DNA of 64,000 bases. It comes from Octopus vulgaris (Eukaryota). Positions 25,449-38,349 of the stretch are shown here, piece by piece. The translations under genes were made by a program, and so were the position numbers. The stretch covers positions 25,296,001 to 25,360,000 of the forward strand of contig OX597817.1 of the NCBI GenBank assembly GCA_951406725.2, given 5' to 3'. The first letter of the stretch is position 1; each line of letters opens with the position of its first letter. The notes beneath the pieces are model-generated. The model did not search any database, was not told where the DNA came from, and saw only the letters and a program-made list of their open reading frames with translations.

Positions 25449-26460
25449 GTTATTATTATTCTTGCTCATATTTTTATTTTTGGTTTTATATTCTCCATCT
25501 ATTTGTTCAATTTCATTATTGTAATTATCTTTGTTTAACATATTCATAATAATAATAATAATAATAATAATAATTATTATTATTATTGCTTGGGGGATTT
25601 TCATTCCTACTTTGTAAGGATTTACTATGTCTTTGTTGCTACATCCATAGTTTTATCATTATTATTTTTATTCTTATTTTCAATTTGATTTTCCAAGATA
25701 TTGCAATTCTTATTGTACTTAATTTCTTAATTATAACCAACCTTCTTTAGTGCTATATTATAATTATCTTTATGCTTGTTAAATACTTCTTCATTTGAAG
25801 ATTGATAATTAATTCGTCTCTCAATAGTCATACTAATGTTCTCAATAATATTAAGTGGATGACTACTATTTGCATTTATATATCTAATGTTAAAGTTAGG
25901 TTTTTGATAGGGTTGGTGAATACCCGTTTTAAGGTTAAAGATTAAAGTTAGCGTCAAGAAAGTTTACTGAGTTATTTTCTTTTTCAATTGAAATTGATAG
26001 ACCGTGGTTCTTAAAAAATTGTATGTAATCTTGTTTTTGTAATTTTCCATTATTCTATTAGTAATGTTCTTTATTAAGAATAGGTCATCGTCACGGTAAA
26101 GTCCTCCTATTTCAGAAATTTCTTCATTAAATTTATATAGAATATAGACATCTGGGCGGAGTCATCTGTGGCCATTGGTATATCAAAACAATGAGGTGTG
26201 CCTTTTCTTGCCCAATATTTACCATCGTGAAAGACCACTGTTTTTCTTACTGCAAGTATGATTTTTATTTTTTTCATGGACAAGTTTCTTTTATTCTTAG
26301 CAAATATGAGTGCCTTGTCTAATACAATAAATAGGGTTAATAGATTGGTAATAATCGTTAATGTCTATTTGTATAAATTTACATTTATTCTTAAATCCTA
26401 TTAAACCAATCAATTGTATCCTGCTAGAACGCATCCTGCTAAACCATAGGCTAAACTTAA
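25000..26460 (-). mobile_element. Penelope-like element reverse transcriptase remnant
   Basis: Minus-strand motifs: KFIQIDINDYYQSI, RKTVVFHDGKYWARKG..FDIPMA, GGLYRDD (catalytic, about 26085-26108), HQPYQKPN..YINANSSHP...ALKKVGY, and IWIIIPF...KIVN..IRFGFS. Confidence 0.85.
25307..25588. repeat. (ATT)n/(GTT)n/(AAT)n tracts within the PLE
   Basis: Direct reading; the main tract reads as poly-Asn on the PLE strand. Confidence 0.95.
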
Positions 26461-26482
26461 TTTTTCTTTTTAGAGACAGCAA

Positions 26483-26523
26483 ACTCTCCGACGAACGGAG
26501 ACGTGAAACTCTGAGTAAAAGGT
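26483..26523 (+). ncRNA. Hammerhead-like motif, U4C core variant
   Basis: CCGACGA-ACG(gaga)CGU-GAAA-CUC(u)GAG-UA with weak stem I. A related copy with similar downstream sequence lies at 50758-50796. Confidence 0.45.
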
Positions 26524-26727
26524 CTGTGAATATTTTGCAGCTTTTATAATAAATTGTATGTATATGTATATATACATATATTCAAATTATAATTTATGGT
26601 ATCTAAGAGATACCACCACGCTTGAAATAGCAGCCAAAACTTGACTCTAAAACTACAGTAAAAGTTCATACAGCACCAGGAGAGGAGACAAAAAGACAAA
26701 ATAAACTATCAAAAAAATTACTGGATA

Positions 26728-26785
26728 ATTCCAGATCCTAGATTTCTGGCTTTGCATAAGAAATGCTCAGCCTCATCAGTGGAAT
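26728..26785 (-). ncRNA. Type I hammerhead ribozyme motif
   Basis: Minus strand reads AUUCCA-CUGAUGA-GGCU(gaGCAUuucuuAUGCaa)AGCC-a-GAAA-UCUAGGA-UC-UGGAAU. Stem I is a perfect 6 bp, stem II is 4+4 bp, and the triplet is AUC. Confidence 0.75.
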
Positions 26786-27049
26786 ATACGCAGCACATAC
26801 ATACAAATATATACATACAACATACGAATACTTACATATACGAACGTATACATACATATATATGCATGTATGTAAACGACCAGTTTAAATTGCTCGCCTA
26901 AAACCCCTCGTGCGATATGGTTAAATATATCACCGAAGTGAATATAATGACGAAATAAATATATAAATTTATTTAAATAAGGATAAGATCATTATTTAAA
27001 TATCGAACTTATCAAGTGGCCAGCATGGGAATAAAAACCTTCCACTGAT

Positions 27050-28730
27050 GAGGCAAAGTAACAATGAAGCGAGTTCCGTTGCACAGGTGAGATTAGTCAA
27101 GATTCCTAAGCAACATAATGGGAGCACCCAGTTTTAGTGTCAAGTTATGCGGTGGCATCCCAGCGGGTTTCAGTGTGTTCAGAAATTGAACAGTGTGTTG
27201 AACAACCATATCTTGATCGACTATTGTCAGTTGATCTAAAAGTCAGTTCTGATGTACCTGCTAACTTTTGAAAATGCTCTTGACTGAGTTTATCAACCAT
27301 TTCGTTAGTTGGAACTAGTATTGCAGTTTCTCATAGCTAGTTGACAACAGAGAAATTGACAGATGCATTAGGAAATACTTTATCCATAAGATCCCTAAGA
27401 GAATGTATAATTTTACTGCATGTAATTTCAAGTAGCTGAAATCTTGAGTTGTTAATATCTCATTAATAATCGTAAAAAACTCGTATGATCTTGTAGAAGT
27501 ACTCTGATGTTGCCTGTAAGATGAAGGTTTTTCACGCCTCCAAAGGTACGAGTTTTTGAAGTATGCATTGACCTCATCAGCTTTTGATCCTTTGAGGATA
27601 ACTGGCAAGTTTTGACGAAAATCTACTGCGCCCATGAGCGCGCTATTGTTTTTTATGTCATAGAGATACGGTCAAGTACATCTGGAGCTCCACGATGTAA
27701 CAATGCACTCATCATTAAAGGTGAGGCAAGTTTGTTAGAAAACTGTTACAATTGCAAAGTTTTTAGAAATGTCGCACATTTGAGATTCTTTCATTGCAAG
27801 ATTTAGAAGGAGATTGAACATGGAATGAGCAGTTCTTCCCCCATCGAGGAGGGTAGCTGCAATACCAGAAGCTGCAACACTGGAAGAAGGTTAGATTTTA
27901 TTTCCTCTCATTTAGGATTGCAGGTGAAAGTGACAAAATGATCTGGTTTTCCATATGTCCTGACATATCTCAAAGCATCTTGTGTTCGTTCGTACATATA
28001 TCGAGGACCATCTGTGAATCATGATAAGAGGATTTTAAGTTGTTCTATGTTTTGAATATCTCCATCTGTCCTCAGAGCACCTAGGAGGTGAGCATAATTT
28101 TTAGCCCTTAACTTTTTTTGATTGTTACGAATGTAGAAAACACACTGACTCTCAACTTTATTATATATATATCAACCAGGTATTGATAAAATATATTTCT
28201 TTATTATCCGCAAGGGACTAAACACAAAGGGGACAAACAAGGACAGACAAACGGATTAAGTCGATTACATCTATCCCAGTGCGTAACTGGTACGTAATTT
28301 ATCGACCCCGAAAGGATGAAAAGCAAAGTCGACTTCGGCGGAATTTGAACTCGGAACGTAACGACAGACGAAATACGGCTACGCATTTCGCCCGGCGTGC
28401 TAACGTTTAATAGATCACGATAAATGTATGATTGATTTGAGTGTTCTGGTCTTAACATCAGTTGGTAAGAATAGAAGTCATTTGACGACACCTTTTTGTT
28501 TGTAATTAGCTCTCCTATTGCCGGTTCAATATGTGGAATAATGAAATGATATCTTTGTTGTCCATTCCACAGAATAAGAGGATACAGGAGAGCATCATAA
28601 GAGGGATGAGTCTCTGAAACACATTAAAGGTTGTTATCTCAAGCACGAATGGGAATATCACGATTTTCCTGGGAATCACCTAAGGATGGCTACTTCATTA
28701 GATGTGAGCTCATTAAACTGGCGTAAAATG
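27050..28730 (-). mobile_element. Internally deleted Helitron Rep/Pif1-helicase remnant with a nested SINE
   Basis: Rep-side peptides: ETHPSYDALLYPL...SSNDFYSYQLM and NQKKLRA...GPRYMYERTQDALRYVRTYGKPDHFVTFTCNPK. Helicase peptides: SGIAATLLDGGRTAHS, DFRQNLPVI...SYLW and LLRNL..LCNGTR. Confidence 0.9.
28193..28407 (-). mobile_element. Family B SINE nested in the Helitron
   Basis: Homology to other family B copies; head slightly truncated. Confidence 0.9.
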
Positions 28731-30256
28731 TCCTTTGCAATAGTTTACTATAGACGTAACGAACGCGGAAACGCTCACAGACACATAGACACATATAGAA
28801 GTGATAATATTGAAAACAGCAAAACGTACCCACACAAAGTTAAAGCGAAACGAAATGTAATCAAAATAGGTGCAAGACATACTTTCTGTAGCATAGTTAT
28901 ACTATAAAAAATTTTTTTTCAGTGAATATTTCCAGAGGAAATATTCTAGCGTCAGAAAGTCACCAATGTAGCAAAAATTACAATGTGTCATCAATGTAAC
29001 AAAGTACAGAAAGTCAGAATTTATTTGGAACACGTTCCGGATTGAATATCACGATGAAGAAAGTCAAGCTCCAAGAAAATTCAGAAGACATAATTCAATT
29101 TTTTCATACAAAAGTAATTTATTATTTTACAATTTTTAAGCGAACAAAGTGTGTACAAAGGAATATATTGCTGTTGTGAACGCTAATTAAAAACATTTGC
29201 TGAAGGATGCATGTTGCAAGACATAAATTAATTTGACATCACTTACTATATATTTTAATTGTGTAAGGTTATAGGCTGTAGAATAAATACTGACTAACGC
29301 AGTAAAAATGTTGCGCGGCGTTGAATACTCACACTGACAAAGCAGCAGAGCAGGAAAACGATAAGGACGCTAGGACCGTTAAAAAGCATTATCTTCAAAC
29401 TGGTTATATGGACTGGAATAACATTTCTATAATTATATTGAGAGAGCTGCCGAGGCTTTCTACTTTACCAAGTTTCCAAATTTGTTATAATAACCAGAAT
29501 AACATTTTTCTTTAAATATATTTGAGTGTTGTCAGATCAGCCAAATCTTCATGCTGGTTATAAAACCCAGGATAATATTTCAACACATAAGTAATGATAA
29601 TCGGTAATGCAGTTTAAACAGCAAATCTCCTTGATGAAAAGGAAAATACAAACAGTGGTACTCCAAAGTGAATGCAGTTGGTCGTTCAACGTCCAGGCTG
29701 CAACTGAACTAAACCCTTTAAAAATCGGCGCGTTTCATTGTTGGGTGGTACAGTCACATACATATACTAAGACAGACACACACAGGCATACATTTACGAA
29801 CACCTCAGGCCTATCTCTGTCCCTTTGTGCGTCTGTTTCTATCTTTAGATGTGTGTGTGTGTATGTGTGAGTCATCACAAAAAATAAATGTATACTGAGA
29901 TACATACACAGTTACATACAGTCATACACATATACCTTTCTGTTATCGGCCTAACATACGCAACAAATGTGCAAACGCACACAATGACAGACACATATGC
30001 ACTCACATGGAAAATGTGACGTCGTCGTGAGAGTCGTGCTGGTATAAAATGTCATTTATGATAGTTGACTTAGAGGAAGAATATAGTGTTAAATTTTGGT
30101 AATGTAATTATTTAAATGAAAATAAAGTTTTATTTGGTAGTCGAAAGATTACTGGTTCTTTTGATGCATCATACGTCAAAATCGGCAACTTAATTTTTGA
30201 ATCCATAAGTAACATACGCTCGCACAAAGACACACACACAATCTCTCTTATTTCTA

Positions 30257-30317
<61 letters not shown>

Positions 30318-31280
30318 AATACATATACACACACATGTATATACATACACACACACACGTGCACCGCTTTATGTCTGTTACTACAATAGCATATCAGTTT
30401 AGCGTACTGTTGTGAGAACGACTAAAAAATAATGAGGACACACTAAAAGTTGAGACATTTATTCTAACGTAACGCCTACAACCCTCTGCGAATTGGCGCC
30501 TAAAATCGACTCTTCATAACTTTTGGAGGGAAAACTTCCAGGACCTTCCAAAATTATCTCTTACGTGATCAAGCCATTGCTATGTCGTGACTTGTAAACC
30601 GCAATGTGGCAACCGTGAGTTCGCGTCATAGAGATCACTCAGTATTTTAAATACAGTTAAAAGTTTTTAGAATATTGTTATGCAATCACAAACTGTGTTG
30701 TCATGGGTTTCAGATAACTCATAGTGATATTTCATATTAATTCAAATCAACACAACCCCTTATTTGAAAATGTGTTGGTACTCTGCGACAGGATACACTA
30801 TTGAAAGAAAGTAATTTTGTATTATTGATTGCAAGTGTCTAAGTAACGTCTACTTCCATGTTAACTGAAATCGAATCGTTATATTTCAGAATTCAGCCTG
30901 CAATCCTCAAATCCTATGTCACAATATGCCAGCGTTTAAATCATAGAAAAATACCATTTTTCTAGTGTCCTTCAGAAGAGAGTAAAAATATTTCTTTATA
31001 TACAGATTGGGTTGAGATCCCATCGAATTATGTCTGAAGATTTCAAAAGCCGTGGTCGTGTCTATTTGATTTTATTGAATATGAAATTTCGTTGTTTTTT
31101 TTTTCTGAATAATATTTAAACCGATTCGACACTGTAATTATAGATATAGAAATATTTGTGTATGTATGAGTGTGTGTTTATATAAATACATACATATATA
31201 CATCTGCATAAATATGCACACAGATATAGTGATATAGTCAGTGATACACACAATACACACACATATAGACATACACATAT

Positions 31281-31745
31281 ACTCTTCTACTCTTTTACTT
31301 GTTTCAGTCATTTGACTGTGGCCATACCGGAGCACCACCTTTTAGTCGAAGAAGTCGACCTCTGGTCTTATTCTTTGTAACCCTGGTGCTTATTCTATCG
31401 GTCTCTTCTGCCGAACCGCTAAGTTATGGGGACGTAAACACACCGATATCGGATGTCAAGCAATGGTGGGAGGGGTGGACAAACACTGACACAAACACAC
31501 ACATAAATATATACATGTATATGTATGTATGTATGTATGTATGCATATATATAAATGTGTGTGTGTGTATGTATATATATACGACGGACTTCTTTCAGTT
31601 TCTCTCTACCAAATCCATTTACAAGGCTTTGGTGAGAATGAGGCTGTAGTACAAGACACCTGCCCAAGGTGCCATGCAGTGGAACTGAACTTAGAAACAT
31701 GTGGTTCGGAAGCAAGCATCTAACTACACAGCCATGCCTATGCCT
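31281..31745 (-). mobile_element. Family A SINE
   Basis: Collinear with 3776-4201. Confidence 0.9.
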
Positions 31746-31753
31746 AAAAAATC

Positions 31754-31839
31754 AGCTCCTGGTGAGGATCAACGTCATGACCTTCAGATGGCTCGCTGAT
31801 AACTTTGAATTATGAGACTGATGCGCTGCCCACTGTACT
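31754..31839 (-). pseudogene. Decayed intron-containing tRNA-Met(CAT), elongator type, 5' end truncated
   Basis: Minus strand reads AGTACAGTGGGCAGCGCATCAGTCT-CAT-A[21-nt intron 31790-31810]ATCTGAAGGTCATGACGTTGATCCTCACCAGGAGCT followed by GATTTTTT. It follows the elongator tRNA-Met consensus mostly with CpG-type changes, has no CCA, and has a T6 Pol III terminator. Confidence 0.75.
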
Positions 31840-32235
31840 TTTTATTCTTTTACTTGTTTCAGTCATTTTACTGCAGCCATACTGGAGCACCACTTTCAGT
31901 CGAACAAATCGACCCCAGGGCCTTTTCTTTGTGAGACTAGTACTTATTTTACCGGTTTCTTTTGCCAAACTGCTAAGCTACGGGGCATAAACACACCCAC
32001 ATCGGTTGTCAAGAGATGGTGAGGGAACAAACACAGATACACAAAACATACGTATATACATTCATATATATACTACAAGCTTCTTTCCGTTTCCGTCTAC
32101 CAAATCCTCTCACAAGGCTTTGGTCGGCCCGAGAGTTTAGTAGAAGACATTTGCCCAAAGTGCTACACAGTGGGACTGAACCCGAATCCATGTGGTTGGG
32201 AAGCAAGCTTCTTACCACACAGGCACTCCTGCACC
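31838..32235 (-). mobile_element. Family A SINE
   Basis: Collinear with other family A copies; its tail abuts and truncates the tRNA pseudogene. Confidence 0.9.
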
Positions 32236-32251
32236 GATGTGGGATGCGTGT

Positions 32252-32285
<34 letters not shown>

Positions 32286-32919
32286 CGTGTGTGTGTGTAA
32301 ACATAAATATTGTTGTATATATATATCCTCATAGCTACAATAATCGTCGTTTCGATATCAACATCACAAAGTTGATACGGGTTGGTTGCAATGATTTTGA
32401 GCAGCAGCATACAGTTAGATGCATGCCTTCTGGATGCCAAACACCTTAGTTGCTTCTTAGGACCTATAAGGATATGGTATATTTGTTGTAAAACTGGGAT
32501 TGACAACATATATACCTATAAGTTTGTCTGAGTATGTGTATGTGTGAGCGAATAGCACTATGTGTGTGTGAGTGTGCGTGCATGTGTGTGTGTGTGTGTA
32601 TGCCTGCTTTATACAACGATATAAATATGATTACTTTTATATCTATTTATCAAAGAAATTGAATAATGGTTAGATAAATTTGTGAATGCCAATAGCATTG
32701 GCATAGAAAACCTTAAAAGAATTGTAAAAAGCCAAATATAAAAAGCTTTGGAAATAGATGAGAAAGTTAAATGCAACAGTAAAAGAAAACACGGAACAAA
32801 GAAAAACAAGTAAAAAAAAAAAACAACCCATATCCATTCCATGTAAAGGGATTTTTAATTTGAATTAAAAATAGAATGAAGAAAACTTATAGCCTTGATC
32901 GTTTTTATCGTTGAAAACG

Positions 32920-32922
<3 letters not shown>

Positions 32923-32956
<34 letters not shown>

Positions 32957-33014
32957 TATATATATAAATATATGTGTGTATATATATATGCATATATATG
33001 TATATATATATGTA

Positions 33015-33045
<31 letters not shown>

Positions 33046-33085
33046 ATATATATGTACAGACATACACATATATGTATATATATGA
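32923..33085. repeat. Compound (TA)n microsatellite
   Basis: Direct reading. Confidence 0.9.
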
Positions 33086-33439
33086 AGGCATTTGTGCAGA
33101 AACATATGCACACATGCAAAGTAAAAGAATATTTCCTCTTTTCTACATTATATCATAAGCCATTCATCTATTAGTTCTTTTGAAATAATATGAAAGAAAC
33201 TTTTGTATGAAGAAGTGGAAATATGCTTTTATTTATTTTGTCTACATCACAAATTATATATAATAATCAGAAAACATTGAGAAATAGCTTCTTTAGCTCT
33301 GTCACTATTGTCTCAACTCTGTTTCACTTCCTCTCTCTCTCTCTCTCTCTTTCCATTCTCTCCTTCCTTCTCGCTTTCTCGTATACATATGGATGCATTT
33401 AACCTTGCTTTCCGGCTTAAAAAAATATGCATTCATATG

Positions 33440-33444
33440 CATGT

Positions 33445-33512
<68 letters not shown>

Positions 33513-33640
33513 TAATACATACACACATATATACATACATGCACACACATGTATATATTTATATATACATATATATATATGCATATGTATATAAACATTA
33601 GTACGTATATATATACGTATACATACACACACACATACAT
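33440..33640. repeat. Compound (TA)/(TACA) microsatellite
   Basis: Direct reading. Confidence 0.9.
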
Positions 33641-34376
33641 GTGTATGCACTTATGCTTGTATATGAGGGTGTATGCGTTTGCATCTTTACTTTTTGGGGG
33701 CACATTAATCTGCCTGATTGATTAACGGTGGTTTCGCCGCACAGTTGAATGACCAGAAGTAGAATGGGCATTCAACTGTAAAGGTATTTGGTTTAACAGT
33801 GAAAAGGTGCCATAAAATGCAAAAACACAGCCTTCTCATGTTATTAGGAGAAACATAGATCTAAACATTCAAGCAAAATGCAATATGCGTGCATGTGCAC
33901 ATGCATGTACGTGTATGAATCTATGTATATGTGCAGTGACTGTGTTTCTCAAACCGTTGCTTATAATATTTATATTTATGTACGTATAAACTGCATTTAC
34001 AAAAACATTAACCATCGCTTGTAAGCAAGTATGACCTGACAGTATGTACTCTGCTTTTATTTTTTCGAATCTCAAGCAGAGAGCATCGACTTCTTATCTT
34101 TTTTTACACTTGACCCAGTGTATAATGGATGATGTGACAGCTGGTTGGAGAGGACCTTCCTCCAACACTTAGGAGTTATTTATTTTCATCTCGACAGTTT
34201 GAAGCCGCATAGAATCAAGTCGCTTGCTCAAGGGCAATGCCACTTGATCCAAGAAAATCCTATTTTATGAGCGTGATCAAAACACCTTAACCACAAGACC
34301 ATGGATCTTCCATCACACACACACAGTCACACACGCACACATGCATGCACATATACACACACACATACCCACTCAA

Positions 34377-34785
34377 CATCATCATCATCATCATTGTTCG
34401 ACCGTGGTCGAGACAATGGAATTTATCATGCTACGCCAGACTTCACGGTCCATTATGGCATTACGGAGGTCCTGTTGCTGGATGCCTGTATCCTTGGAGA
34501 TTACATCAGGGTAGGAGAGTGTGCGCCCTCTGGTATTGCGAGTAGATGGCTTCCAGAGGAGAAGAGTAGAAATTACCTCTTTTTCAGCTCTACAACAATG
34601 TCCAGAAAACTGGACTCTCCTACCTTTCACAAGAGATGACACAGGTGGTAGTTTCCCATATATTTGCATTTTGGTTGGATGGCGCTTCCACGAGAGATTT
34701 TGAGCTCTCTTAAGGAAGCGAGTGTAGGTTCCATCCAACCGCCTCTCAAGCTTCTTTGATAACGTCCAGGTTTCTGAGCAATATA
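34377..34785 (-). mobile_element. RTE-clade LINE 3' fragment, same family as 21522-22050
   Basis: ORF 34391..34852 from SETWTLSKKL to STTVEQ* is nearly identical to the 21.5-kb copy and ends in a (TGA)n tail. Confidence 0.9.
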
Positions 34786-35019
34786 CACACACGTATGGAC
34801 ACACACACAAAGAACTTGAAGTGAACTTGTATATTAGAGGGAAGCTAGTCATGAGTGCTGTTGATGGTTCTGCTCAATGATGGTTCGTAGACGTATGCCC
34901 ATATTTGATACCACTTCTGTGAATCGTACCAGCACCCCATATGTTATTTCAATTAAATATGATCCACAAAGGGAGCCCTTGCAAAATATAGAAGTCAAGT
35001 TTCTTTCAATGAACATTAT

Positions 35020-35453
35020 TACTCTTTTACTCTTTTACTTGTTTCAGTCTTTTAACTGTGGCCATGCTGGAGCACTGCATTTAGTCGAGCAAATCGACCT
35101 CAGGACTTATTCGTTGTAAGTCTAGTACTTATTCTATCGATATCTTTTGCCGAACTGCTAAGTTACGGGGACGTAAACACACCAGCATCGGTAGTCAAAC
35201 GATGCTGTGTGTGTGTGTGAGGGGGGGACAAACACATACACACAAACACATACACACACATATATACATATATATGTATACATATATATATGTATACATA
35301 TATACGACGAGCTTCTTTCAGTTTCCGTCTACCAAATCCACTCACAATCTTTGGTCTGCCCGAGGCTATAGTAGAAGGTGCCACTCAGTAGGACTGAACC
35401 CGTAACCATGTGGTTCGTGAGCAAGCTACTTACCACACAGTTACTCCTACTCC
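35020..35453 (-). mobile_element. Family A SINE
   Basis: Collinear with other family A copies. Confidence 0.9.
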
Positions 35454-35692
35454 TGTTTTTAAAAAATAAAAAATATAACTGAGACTGAATAACCAAGGCG
35501 GTAACCTCTTTTTCCATAGGTAAACTAGTTGAACTAGGGATAAGCAATAGCACAGCTTTGTTAATGACACATATAAACACACGCACACATATTTACACAC
35601 TCGTAATTTAACAAAAAGTGATATAGATGACCTGACTCGTGATATCTTCTTGGGTTCACTGAAGACCAAACCATGCTATTCAAACAATATCT

Positions 35693-35923
35693 GTTTCTTT
35701 ATTGCCCACGAGGGGCTAAACATAGAGGGGACAAACAAGGACAGACAAACGGATTAAGTCGATTACATCGACCCCAGTGCGTAACTGGTACTTAATTTAT
35801 CGACCCCGAAAGGATGAAAGGCAAAGTCGACCTCGGCGGAATTTGAACACAGAACGCAACGACAGACGCAATACCGCTAAGCATTTCGCCCAGTGTGCTA
35901 ACGTTTTTGCCAGCTCGCCTCCT
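35693..35923 (-). mobile_element. Family B SINE monomer
   Basis: 16-bp TSD TATTCAAACAATATCT at 35677-35692 and 35924-35939. Confidence 0.92.
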
Positions 35924-36467
35924 TATTCAAACAATATCTACTAAGGGTAGACGTCAGGACAGCCACTGCAAGGTTTTATTCTCATAGCTGCTCCTTACAA
36001 CAATGTATGTTACCTTTCTACAGAAGTAGCATATGTATGTAAACGTTATAGATTATTGAGTGGAGAGAAATGTCCACTGAGACAGTGAGAGAGACTGAAA
36101 AACATGTCTTCAATTTGCAGCACAATAACCCAGCCAGCTGTAGACATTTTGCATTTTTCTACATTGTTTCCTTGTGAATTTCTGCTAAATTTGTTATTTA
36201 TATGATATTGGGTATTATACACAGTAATTTGATGTGAAACACAGCATCGATGGGACTCAAATGTATTTAGCATGACCACGTAACTGATTACACTGTGAAA
36301 CTTTTTGTCACTCTTGACGAAGATTAATCAGGTGTTTCATCAACCAAATATCTACCTGTGAAATTAACGTGTGAACAACTGAATATGCCACAGAGATGTA
36401 TATCATTAATGCAATTCTGAGGCTTAATCAGTGTAACAAGGCCAAACCTTTGAATTGCATGTACAAT

Positions 36468-36469
<2 letters not shown>

Positions 36470-36511
<42 letters not shown>

Positions 36512-36625
36512 GGGGGAGACAGAGAGTAGCTGGAGACAGACAGTAGACGGAGACAGACAGCAGACGGAGACAGACAGTAGATGGAGACAGAAAGTGAATG
36601 GGGACAGAAAGAGGATAGAGACATA
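36470..36625. repeat. (GA)n followed by a degenerate 18-bp (GGAGACAGACAGTAGAC-like) minisatellite
   Basis: Direct reading. Confidence 0.85.
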
Positions 36626-36859
36626 GAAAGTAGAGGAACCAAAAGGAATGGCACTTTGTTTAATGACTTCGAAAATAATGAAAAACAAAATTAACCTCTT
36701 GGGATTTGAGTTCAAAGCACCGGAAAGAGTAACACAAAACGTTCTAAATGGTGTTCCAAAGATTCGGCAAATTCGTTGCATTCAGACTACAATGCAGATC
36801 ATGTGTCATTCCCTAATTTGCTTCTACTATTTTAACTGTCCATATTTTATTCTCACAAG

Positions 36860-36889
36860 ATAATTCACCAGTTACTTGACTCTAGCAAG
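36860..36889 (+). other. Candidate 30-nt (or 18-nt, from 36872) microexon
   Basis: TTTTATTCTCACAAG|ATAATTCACCAG|TTACTTGACTCTAGCAAG|GTAAGC: strong donor; phase 0 reads IIHQLLDSSK. No transcript evidence. Confidence 0.25.
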
Positions 36890-37423
36890 GTAAGCTTCTA
36901 TTGCTATTTAAAACATTCATGTTCCCAGTTCTCTCAGTGAGTCTCTGGCAACTTTCTGTCTCAGATTGCTAATTACAATGTCTAATATAATTTGCATTAA
37001 AAACCTGGCACTTAATAATTTGTTTCATGGGTTTAGTTCTTGACATAAACATTGAACTGAGGCAGAACACCTCTGTAGGACATTAGTAGAATAAATCATT
37101 TTTCTATCACTGAATAATTAATTACTTAACAGAAATATAACAGAGCTGTTAAAATAATAGGAGCAATTTCTAATAACCACTTTAAAGAAAAGATGCTTAT
37201 ACTAAAAGTTGTGTCCTATTTTCCCTTTGTTTCTCTATACATGCCAAACTAAACACAACAAAAGTTATATATTTAAAAAAAAATTTATCCTTGTCTTTAT
37301 TCAAATAGATTCTAATGATATGAATGATTTTGAAAGGTTTTGCAGGTGAAAAAGAGTTAACTATTTATCAAACCTTTTTTTTTTGGCTTTTCAAGAACTC
37401 TATGTATTCATTCTATTAATTCT

Positions 37424-37830
37424 TATTTCTTTACTGCCCACAAGGAGCTACACACAGAGGGAACAAACAAGGAGAGACAAACGGATTAAGTCGATTATAT
37501 CGATCCCAGTGCATAACTGGTACTTATTTAATCGAACCCGAAAGGATGAAAGGTAAAGTCGCCCTCGGCGGAATTTGAACTCAGAACGTAGCCGCAGACG
37601 AAATACCTATTTCTTTACTACCCACAAGGGGCTAAACACAGAGGGAACAAACAAGGACAGACAAACGGATTAAGTCGATTATATCGACCCAGTGCGTAAC
37701 TGGTACTTATTTAATATATATATATATATAGAGAGAGAGAGAGGAATTTGAACTCAGAACGTAACAGCAGACGAAATACCACTAAGAATTTCGCCCGGCG
37801 TGCTAACGTTTCTGCCAGTTCGCCGCCTTT
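37424..37830 (-). mobile_element. Family B SINE dimer, one unit interrupted by a TA/GA repeat
   Basis: Two body units and one head, flanked by an ATTCTATTAATTCT duplication. Confidence 0.88.
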
Positions 37831-38229
37831 TTTATTCTATTAATTCTATTAATTCCGTTGCCATTTGCACTCTAAGAACTCTTACTTATATATCCCAAGT
37901 GACTATTTTTCACACAAATCTCAGCAGATGAATGAACATTGTAAACAACTAATATTCTTTACTTTCTTTATTGTTAATAAAGTATATTGACCATTTTATC
38001 AAAGTTATTATAGCAATATCTAGTTGATGCTTCAAACCAGCAAGCAGAGTCGAAGTTTGATATTTCCGTACTGCTTATTTGTAAGTGCTACTCAAAATAA
38101 AACACAAAAATTATAAACTTTCGGTTATATTTATACATATATTCACTTTCATATAATTTTTGTTTTAGTGCGTGTATTGTTAGAATTTGAAACAAATTAT
38201 GAGATTATATCATGTTACTACAAGAACAG

Positions 38230-38232
<3 letters not shown>

Positions 38233-38304
<72 letters not shown>

Positions 38305-38307
38305 AAG

Positions 38308-38340
<33 letters not shown>
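38233..38340. repeat. (TA)(GA)(GATA) compound microsatellite
   Basis: Direct reading. Confidence 0.95.
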
Positions 38341-38341
<1 letters not shown>

Positions 38342-38349
38342 ATTCGAAG

